The position numbers and the translations under genes were made by a program. A model generated the notes under the pieces. It saw nothing but the letters and a program-made list of their open reading frames with translations. It searched no databases and was not told the origin of the DNA. Source: a bacterium (GTDB lineage Bacteria > RBG-13-61-14 > DATKZS01). Taken from it: 21,914 nt of DNA. Positions 16,301 through 21,914 of the stretch are shown here, in pieces (the first letter of the stretch is position 1; each line of letters begins with the position of its first letter). Location of the stretch: NCBI GenBank assembly GCA_046484135.1, contig JAWOBU010000047.1, forward strand, positions 1-21,914. Reading direction: 5' to 3'.

Positions 16301-16614
16301 CCCTCCAGCTCGTAAAGACGCTTCTCTATCACCGCCTGGGTGGCGATGCCGGCGTGGTCCGTGCCCGGCTGCCATAGCGTGTTGTCGCCCCCCATCCGCC
16401 GCCACCTTATCAGCATGTCCTGCATCACGTTGTCCATGGCGTGGCCCATGTGCAGCGCGCCGGTAACATTGGGAAGCGGCATCATGATAACGTAACGCCG
16501 CTCCGGCGGCCGGGAGTCGGGCGTTGCCGCAAAAGCGCCCGACTTTTGCCAGCGCTCGTAAACCTTGCCTTCGATCTCCTTGGGCGAGTACAGCTTGGGA
16601 AGTTCCAACGACAT
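13360..16614 (-). CDS. valS: Valine--tRNA ligase
   Basis: PLPNVTGALHMGH (HIGH-type), PGTDHAGIATQ, ATTRPETMFGD, KITPAHD, DWCISRQLWWGHRIP, DVLDTWFSSALWP, TMSKSKGN, NKLWNASRF, FCDWYLE, C-terminal coiled coil with FLEKAPQEVV. Confidence 0.98.
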   Translation of the reverse strand: MSLELPKLYSPKEIEGKVYERWQKSGAFAATPDSRPPERRYVIMMPLPNVTGALHMGHAMDNVMQDMLIRWRRMGGDNTLWQPGTDHAGIATQAVIEKRLYELEGKTRHDIGREALVSRILAWKDEYQQRIINQQKQMGCSCDWDRQRFTMDEVCSAAVYETFFRLFCDRLIYLGLRLVNWDCHLQTAVSDDEIYYQSEQSHMWYLRYPLIEPGPGEPEYVVVATTRPETMFGDTAVACHPDPADALTERISEQESKVKQSGEKDRDSAEAELDRLRARERDVLPLLQKLTDMAREGRKVLLPLVDREIPLILDEWAKPEFGSGCVKITPAHDQNDYEVWQRHRDEIGAINALDPDGTMNEHAGPCAGMDRFQARDKAVDLLEEKGLLDHIEDHELELLYSDRSKTPIEPYLSKQWFVKMGDVEGGVRMGKGTEKEFSSPGLAQAAMDAVDPDWKTKTGRNLTFHPERYTKVYTSWLSEKRDWCISRQLWWGHRIPVWLATLDDKASADELINKMPDDPGRMFVWATDSTGAHCPPRELAERDDMEGPFELLACLRHPEHCRDLAEKLTELGFRRDPDVLDTWFSSALWPFSTLGWPDPENAPVEEGQPPLGSIEGRPDSFSYYYPGSCLVTARDIITLWVARMVVMGLYCHGDVPFVDCFVHAKILDGKGETMSKSKGNGIDPVDIIDYYGADAMRYLLCEMETGMQDIRLPVQAVCPECEARVELSEAGHGKTIFTYICTFCGKEFDVLGTMDEVPRAVLISERFENGRAFCNKLWNASRFAIMNLSGFQYKLFNYEELEPEDRWILSRLSRTVEEVSTKLSGYHPADAVKAVRAFFWNEFCDWYLEFIKPRMQDADKSVMASQVLVVCLDQVIRLLHPFLPFITEELWSYLAEYAPRRGVDKELQCGTMCIHAPWPEQRPEWIDPELEQKIGRVQEIVCRFRELRACHEIAPRKKLPCLIKTTPEEREDLEKFCHLISDQAFAAKLTVCTEEKKLENAVVYTMPEAELHLGGVVDPEKEKERLKNQRQKIMKDLEASRKKLDNEKFLEKAPQEVVDNEKRKAEEMESQLSAVEDRLKALCE

Positions 16615-16708
16615 GTTACACCGGTCCTCTCTTCAAATAAGTCCTGCGTACCATTATAGGGAAAATGCCGGCAATTTCACGAAGCCGGCTTTTTAAATGC
16701 TCCCGCTG

Positions 16709-16738
16709 TTGACACAAGGGCTTAGTTTATTTTATCAT
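16709..16738 (+). promoter_or_regulatory. Putative sigma70 promoter of the M23 gene
   Basis: TTGACA (16709-16714), 18-nt spacer, TATCAT (16733-16738). Confidence 0.55.
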
Positions 16739-16826
16739 TTGAATGTCCGTTCGGAGGGGGAAAAGCAAGGGTAGTCTTTTATTTTATGAACTGGAAGTCT
16801 TCATGGATTGCGCTGTTTAAGGAGGA

Positions 16827-17807
16827 GTGATATTGGGCTCTGACCGGAGGATCACCCTTTGGGTAATGAAGGACGTTTACTCGGAGCCGGTGGAGTACCG
16901 GGTGCGGGTGTCCCGGCTCAAGGCCGGAATAATAGGCGTCTGTTGCCTGTTTGTAGTCCTGGCTGCGTCCCTTGCCGTGTCCCTTTTCTGGTCTCACTAT
17001 AAGTTGACAAGCGAACAACAGCGTTCCCAGTCCCTGCTCGGCGAGGTCAAGAAGCTCTCTTGTATGCGTTCCCGGTACCACCTTTCCCAAGAGAAGGTGA
17101 ACGAGCTGTCAGAGCGGCTCGCCCACCTGGAAAAGAAGACGGACCTGACGGTGGAAAAGACCAAGCAGGTAATCGGAAAGATTGACCACGACATCAAAAA
17201 CTGGTTCCCCAGGGAATCGGCGGGCGGAGCCGGCAGCTCCGACTCCGGCATCCCTGCTGCAACTCTTTCCCCCTCTCTGCTGGACAAGGTGGACAACCTG
17301 GAACAGAGGCTTGGCCGTCTGAACAACGAGCTTGATCTTTATGAGAAGACACTGAAAGAAGTGCATTGGACCTGGCAGGAAACCAACTACCTGTTCCGGT
17401 CCATGCCGTCTATGTGGCCGGTCAAAGACGCTTATATCACCTCCAAGTTCGGGTTGCGGGTCCACCCGGTTACCCGGGAAGTTAAGATGCATGCCGGCAT
17501 TGACCTGGCCGCCTCCAGGGGAACCAAAATATACGCGCCTTCTTCCGGAGTGGTGAGCTATTTGGGATACCTGAAAGGTTACGGACATTCCTTGGAGATT
17601 GATCACGGCTACGGGATCGGCACTTTTTACGGACATTGCAAAAAAATCCTGGTAAAGCGCGGACAGAAAGTAAAGCTGGGACAAGAGATAGCCACCGTAG
17701 GCTCCAGCGGGTTGTCCACCGGGCCTCATCTTCATTTCGAGGTCCGGATCCTGGGCAAAAAGGTAGACCCTCTCCAATACCTGGGCATGTATCCCGCCGG
17801 CAAGTAA
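16827..17807 (+). CDS. M23 family (LytM-type) peptidoglycan metallo-endopeptidase with TM anchor and coiled coil
   Basis: AAGGAGGA before GTG; TM GIIGVCCLFVVLAASLAVSLFW; coiled coil; PSMWPV, ITSKFGLR.HP, HAGID (HxxxD), YGHC, TGPHLHFEV (HxH). Confidence 0.93.
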   Translation: MILGSDRRITLWVMKDVYSEPVEYRVRVSRLKAGIIGVCCLFVVLAASLAVSLFWSHYKLTSEQQRSQSLLGEVKKLSCMRSRYHLSQEKVNELSERLAHLEKKTDLTVEKTKQVIGKIDHDIKNWFPRESAGGAGSSDSGIPAATLSPSLLDKVDNLEQRLGRLNNELDLYEKTLKEVHWTWQETNYLFRSMPSMWPVKDAYITSKFGLRVHPVTREVKMHAGIDLAASRGTKIYAPSSGVVSYLGYLKGYGHSLEIDHGYGIGTFYGHCKKILVKRGQKVKLGQEIATVGSSGLSTGPHLHFEVRILGKKVDPLQYLGMYPAGK

Positions 17808-17880
17808 AAGAGGCTGCCGGATTAGTGCAGGGCCCGGTTTTTCTTCTCCCGCAGTGGATGATTCTTTCTTCCCGGAACCA

Positions 17881-17909
17881 TTGGAACCGGCAGCGGTCAA
17901 AGTTATAAT
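17881..17909 (+). promoter_or_regulatory. Putative sigma70 promoter
   Basis: TTGGAA (17881-17886), 17-nt spacer, TATAAT (17904-17909). Confidence 0.5.
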
Positions 17910-17936
17910 ATATAGGAAAGCTTGCAGGTGAGAAAA

Positions 17937-18749
17937 ATGAAAAAAGGGCAAAAGTGGGGAGCGCTCCTGGCAGGCGCCTGGATTGCCATTCTTTTAGGGG
18001 CAGGTATTTATACCGTCCATATTCCGTACAGAGTAGAGGCCGGCGATCTGAAGGGATTCGGTCCGATTATGCAAAGCGACGATCCCCATTTCGTCAAAGA
18101 CCAGATACTGGCCCGCAAGATATCCAGGATCACCCGGGGGATGAAAGACGACTGGGGGGCCTTGAACGCCAAATATGATAAGCTTCCTCCCTTCGAGGTC
18201 CCGAACAACGATCGGATCACCGAAGGCCAGTTGGAGCGATACATTACCGCGGTCCAGTCGTACGCGAAAGAGTTCGAGGAGTTCAACCGCCGGACCATGC
18301 AGGGGAACCCGGGCTTTTTCCGGATGCTGGCCACGGTGGGCATGATAAAGACGTATCACAAGGTAGTAAAGAGAAGGTCGCTTGTTAAGGCCCGGATGCG
18401 GGAGGAGGAGTTCAACTGGGTACGTGACCGGCTTATCGAGGTCATTCTTTATTGCGTTAATTATAAGTTGCAACACGATAAAGACATGGAAGACCGGCAC
18501 AAGGTGCTCATTCAGAGAATTCAGGACCGCTGCTACCGTATTCTGGACCTGAAAGAACAAGTGGGAGACAATGAATTCGTAATCCGCCACGAAAGGTATC
18601 ACCCGGAGCGAATACCTCTTTCCAACTTCCGGCTGTTTTTGAACAACTATAAACAGGTGCGCTACTCCGGCATAAACTTCAACGAGCCCGTCGAGATCAA
18701 CTTCGACAAAGAGGGCATCCTGAATTCTCTGACCCGTAACTCTCCTTAG
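17937..18749 (+). CDS. Hypothetical helical protein with N-terminal TM/signal segment
   Basis: Long open frame, MKKGQKWGALLAGAWIAILLGAGIY anchor, protein-like composition; fills the gap between neighbouring genes. Confidence 0.75.
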   Translation: MKKGQKWGALLAGAWIAILLGAGIYTVHIPYRVEAGDLKGFGPIMQSDDPHFVKDQILARKISRITRGMKDDWGALNAKYDKLPPFEVPNNDRITEGQLERYITAVQSYAKEFEEFNRRTMQGNPGFFRMLATVGMIKTYHKVVKRRSLVKARMREEEFNWVRDRLIEVILYCVNYKLQHDKDMEDRHKVLIQRIQDRCYRILDLKEQVGDNEFVIRHERYHPERIPLSNFRLFLNNYKQVRYSGINFNEPVEINFDKEGILNSLTRNSP

Positions 18750-18759
18750 AAGCGGAGGA

Positions 18760-19710
18760 TTGGTTCTGAGGACCCTGTCGCTTTTAATACTGGCTTTTTC
18801 TTTTCTGCTTTTGGGGTGGATGTCTTTTCCGTCTCCCGTTGCCAAAGCCGGAGAGGACACTGCCGGGAAAGAGAAATCCGCGACTCCCGCAGACGGCGGC
18901 ACTGCGGAAGGGGACTCGCACTTTAAGCTCACTTTTCCCGACTTTGAGATGGACGGCGGTGAGATGGAATGGCGGGGCAGGTGCCGTCAAATTCCGGACC
19001 TGTTCGCACCCGCGGACCCGTCCGCTCTTCCCTGGAGCCTGGAGGTCGGCGGAAGGATTTCCGCCCTGCTGCTTCCGCTCTCCGATAGGCTCGAGCCCAT
19101 GACAAGCGACCGCGGGCTCGACTCTTTCCAGGACGTAACTTACTTAATAGGCGGTCATGCTTACCTGACTTACAAACAGACCCTTCAGGCAGGATTATAC
19201 TTTGATACCGGCTTCCAGAAGATTGACGATAATGTAAACGGGCAAAGACGGGAAGCCGAGTTCAACATCTTCCGGGTGGGAACGGACCTTAAAGTAAAGA
19301 AGCCGGTCCCCTGGATCATGGAACACGGAGTGCTTTTTCCGGAAGCAGGAGGACGGGCCGTGCCGCGCTTTGTCCGGAACACCTTTGTCGGCTTCGGCCT
19401 GGAATCAGGCGCCGGCGGCATCAGCCTGGCCATGGACGGGGATGATCTGACCTACAACAAGAAGAGCGCCTACATTCCCGTATATTATCTGACTCCGAAG
19501 GTCCTCCTGTCATTCCGGGCCTTCGAGTACTCCCACGTCGAGTTCTACGCCGGCTATTACCTGTCTTCCTTTAATGACCTGACCACCGAGTTCACCATTG
19601 ATGACAAGAGGATGCTGAAAGGCGCCGACTTCAACGCCTTCATCACCGGCGTGCAGCTTAACTTCGGTCCCGGCACTGTAGAGCTTCCGGGGGACAGGGA
19701 ACAAAAGTAG
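18760..19710 (+). CDS. Hypothetical exported protein, probable outer-membrane beta-barrel
   Basis: GCGGAGGA before TTG; signal peptide; amphipathic aromatic strands (WSLEVGG, LIGGHAYLTY, VYYLTPKVLLSF, HVEFYAGYY, FITGVQLNFG). Confidence 0.7.
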   Translation: MVLRTLSLLILAFSFLLLGWMSFPSPVAKAGEDTAGKEKSATPADGGTAEGDSHFKLTFPDFEMDGGEMEWRGRCRQIPDLFAPADPSALPWSLEVGGRISALLLPLSDRLEPMTSDRGLDSFQDVTYLIGGHAYLTYKQTLQAGLYFDTGFQKIDDNVNGQRREAEFNIFRVGTDLKVKKPVPWIMEHGVLFPEAGGRAVPRFVRNTFVGFGLESGAGGISLAMDGDDLTYNKKSAYIPVYYLTPKVLLSFRAFEYSHVEFYAGYYLSSFNDLTTEFTIDDKRMLKGADFNAFITGVQLNFGPGTVELPGDREQK

Positions 19711-19762
19711 CTCCAGTCCTCCTTTCGGACCTCCCGGCTGTTCCTTCTCTATAACCCTTGAA

Positions 19763-20563
19763 TCAGACCTCCAGCTTCTTGGCCCGGTAAGCCTCCAGGT
19801 AATTCATGCAGAACTCGTCCCGGCCCGCCAGCGCCCGGCCCGCGTAAACCGTGGCCATCAGCTTCTCGTCAAAGGGGTCCACGATAGCCGAGTCCAGGCC
19901 GTGGGCCATGAGCATGGCCAGAAACACCCGGTTTACCAGCCGGCGGTTGGGAAGACCGAAACTGATGTTGGAAAGCCCGCAGGTGGTCTTTAACTCCGGC
20001 CACCTTTCCTTGATCCCTTTCAGAACGTTCACCACCAGGTTGGCTGCCGTGCCGTCCGCGGACAAGGCCATCACCAGCGGGTCCACGTACACGTCGGAAA
20101 GAGCTATGCCTTGAGCGTCGGCCGCCTTCGCTATCTTCTCCACCACCTGGAGACGGTCCTCAGCGGTCTGCGGAATGCCCGAGTCGTCCATGGCAAGCGC
20201 GATCACCAGAGCGTCGTGCTCCTTGACGATGGGAAGGATATCCTCGTAGCGGCCCTCCTCCATGGAAATCGAGTTCACCATGGGGCGACCGTTTTTGTGA
20301 AGCCTGAGCCCCTCCCGCATGGCCTCCGGGGAAGCGCTGTCTATGCACAGAGGAAGCTCGGATGCTGACTGGACCTCTTCGCAGAGCCAGGACATGTTCG
20401 CAAGCTCCTCCTCAGGGGTGCTCCCCCCGTTCACGTCCAGGTAGTCCGCGCCGGCCGCGGCCTGCTGCCGGGCCTCGTTCCGGATCAGGTCCGCGTCCCG
20501 GTTCTTCAAGGCCTCCCCTATCTGCTTTCTGGTGGCATTGATCCTCTCGCCGATTATTAGCAT
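19763..20563 (-). CDS. acsE: Methyltetrahydrofolate:corrinoid methyltransferase (AcsE-like / MetH pterin-binding domain)
   Basis: MLIIGERINATRK, AGADYLDVNGG, LCIDSA, MVNSIS, YVDPLV, TTCGLSNISFGLPNR, GLDSAIVDP, DEFCMNYL; AGGAGGAG ribosome-binding site. The exact pathway role is uncertain. Confidence 0.85.
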   Translation of the reverse strand: MLIIGERINATRKQIGEALKNRDADLIRNEARQQAAAGADYLDVNGGSTPEEELANMSWLCEEVQSASELPLCIDSASPEAMREGLRLHKNGRPMVNSISMEEGRYEDILPIVKEHDALVIALAMDDSGIPQTAEDRLQVVEKIAKAADAQGIALSDVYVDPLVMALSADGTAANLVVNVLKGIKERWPELKTTCGLSNISFGLPNRRLVNRVFLAMLMAHGLDSAIVDPFDEKLMATVYAGRALAGRDEFCMNYLEAYRAKKLEV

Positions 20564-20660
20564 GACTCCTCCTTTGTAATCTCGATTCTGTAAGCAATCT
20601 TCCAGATATTTTCCCCGGCTTGACCTCTCCAGTCAAATGCAATAGAGTCCAGCCAGCGCC

Positions 20661-20689
20661 TTGACAATCCCGGTCTGTTGGTATATCTT
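20661..20689 (+). promoter_or_regulatory. Putative sigma70 promoter of rplM-rpsI
   Basis: TTGACA (20661-20666), 17-nt spacer, TATCTT (20684-20689). Confidence 0.65.
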
Positions 20690-20718
20690 ATGTAATTCAA
20701 ACTTTGGGGAGCGGAGTC

Positions 20719-21147
20719 ATGAAAACGGTTAGTGTAAAGCCTGAACAAGTAGATCGTAATTGGGTGCTGGTTGATGCAGAGGGCCAGGTGCTGGGTCGTC
20801 TGGCCAGCCGGGTGGCCGGGATTCTGCGGGGCAAGGGCAAGCCTTCTTTTACGCCGCACGTGGATTGCGGCGATTTCGTGGTGGTGATAAACGCGGACAA
20901 GATAAAGGTCACCGGCCGGAAGATGGACCAGAAGCATTACCATACCCATTCCGGCTATGCCGGCGGCATCCATTCGAAGAGCCTGCGGGAGATGCTTTCA
21001 AAAAAGCCGGAGGAGGTCATAAAGCTGGCGGTCAAGGGCATGCTTCCCAAGAACCGCTTGAACCGCCGGGTCCTCGGCAAGCTCAAAGTCTACGCCGGTC
21101 CCGAACATCCCCATGAGGCCCAGCAGCCCGAAAAGATAGAGCTGTAA
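20719..21147 (+). CDS. rplM: 50S ribosomal protein L13
   Basis: [73 protein letters not shown]. Start ATG 20719. Confidence 0.98.
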   Translation: MKTVSVKPEQVDRNWVLVDAEGQVLGRLASRVAGILRGKGKPSFTPHVDCGDFVVVINADKIKVTGRKMDQKHYHTHSGYAGGIHSKSLREMLSKKPEEVIKLAVKGMLPKNRLNRRVLGKLKVYAGPEHPHEAQQPEKIEL

Positions 21148-21161
21148 GAGAGGTGCAGTAA

Positions 21162-21560
21162 ATGGCCATTACCGAAGAAGTGTTCTGGTCCACCGGAAGG
21201 CGCAAGGAAGCGGTGGCGCGGGTAAGACTTATGCCGGGCAGCGGCCGGGTGGTTATAAACGGCAAAAGCCTGGAGGACTACTTCGGCAGGAAGACCTCCC
21301 AGGCCATTGTCAGACAGCCTCTTGTGCTGACCAATACCGGCGACAGGTTTGACACCCATGTCAACGTCCTGGGAGGCGGTCTCTCCGGCCAGGCGGGGGC
21401 CATCCGGCACGGGATCACCAGGGCATTGATCGAGTATGACCCCGACCTCAGAGGACCACTTAAAAAAGCGGGCTACGTAACCCGGGACCCCCGGGCCAAG
21501 GAAAGAAAGAAGTACGGACTACGCGGCGCCCGCGCCAGGTTCCAGTACTCCAAGCGCTAA
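21162..21560 (+). CDS. rpsI: 30S ribosomal protein S9
   Basis: [50 protein letters not shown]-terminus. Confidence 0.98.
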   Translation: MAITEEVFWSTGRRKEAVARVRLMPGSGRVVINGKSLEDYFGRKTSQAIVRQPLVLTNTGDRFDTHVNVLGGGLSGQAGAIRHGITRALIEYDPDLRGPLKKAGYVTRDPRAKERKKYGLRGARARFQYSKR

Positions 21561-21583
21561 TCGCTTCTGCGGCAGGAAACACC

Positions 21584-21610
21584 AGCCCTCCGGAGACGGG
21601 GGGCTTTTTT
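21584..21610 (+). terminator. Rho-independent terminator of rplM-rpsI
   Basis: AGCCCTCCG-GAGA-CGGGGGGCT 9-bp stem with a GNRA loop, followed by a T run. Confidence 0.85.
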
Positions 21611-21615
21611 AATAA

Positions 21616-21854
21616 GCACAAGCCCGTATGCTGTGAACTTCCCCCAAAATTTCTCGTGTTACTCTCGCGTCCTCTTGGAAAACGCACAGATGCCTCGGGG
21701 GCAAAGTGAAAACTGAAAAACACACAAGCTGCCGGGGCGTGCATGAGCCGCGGACTGTGGTGCAGGCCATGACTCCCTTCCGGAAGCCGGCCCGCGCAAC
21801 CCCCCGAAGATGGCCATAAAAAACCGGGGAAGTTCACCCCGGATGTGGGCGTGC
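21616..21854 (+). other. ~240-nt element bounded by long inverted repeats (candidate ncRNA or MITE/IS-end relic)
   Basis: Perfect 12-bp IR GTGAACTTCCCC (21633-21644) / GGGGAAGTTCAC (21826-21837), extended by GCCCGTAT/ATGTGGGC and GCAC/GTGC. Confidence 0.45.
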
Positions 21855-21891
21855 GACATATTTGGTGGCTGTTGTATATAACTTCTTTTTT

Positions 21892-21900
21892 TGCTATAAT
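21892..21900 (+). promoter_or_regulatory. Extended -10 element for a gene beyond the window
   Basis: TG-C-TATAAT in an AT-rich context at the window end. Confidence 0.5.
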
Positions 21901-21914
21901 TCTGAATGTATAGT

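Noticed and set aside
21460..21859. Minus-strand ORFs 21460-21837 and 21659-21859
   Set aside because: No recognisable protein features; one overlaps rpsI and its terminator.

Overview
GC-rich bacterial chromosomal window, probably from an anaerobic deltaproteobacterial-like (Desulfobacterota/Myxococcota-grade) lineage; the taxonomy is inferred from gene content and protein style only. Gene order: coaE (3' part), ackA; then on the minus strand a phosphoribosyltransferase, an acyl-CoA dehydrogenase, an XRE-cupin regulator, a 1273-aa Ser/Thr kinase-TM-14xWD40 protein and an acyl-CoA ligase; an ~840-bp gene-free gap; rhomboid, pgsA, lytic transglycosylase, a small membrane protein, an insertion-rich valS, an M23 peptidase, two uncharacterised exported proteins, a stand-alone AcsE-like methyltransferase and rplM-rpsI. 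I saw no transposase, integrase, reverse transcriptase, CRISPR array, rRNA or tRNA. The most unusual signals are: (1) a receptor-like kinase whose first WD40 propeller has five Cys-x7/8-Cys loops and which is packed against a regulator and an acyl-CoA dehydrogenase; (2) three unexplained structured non-coding elements, namely a four-way-junction fold at 9941-10097, a T-shaped fold-back with a paired TTGACA at 10187-10282 (ssDNA-promoter-like), and a ~240-nt element closed by a long stem after the rpsI terminator; (3) a ValRS with a TMSKS motif and a CxxC...CxxC insertion of the kind I recall from Planctomycetes. All structures were paired by eye and none has been checked against a database.
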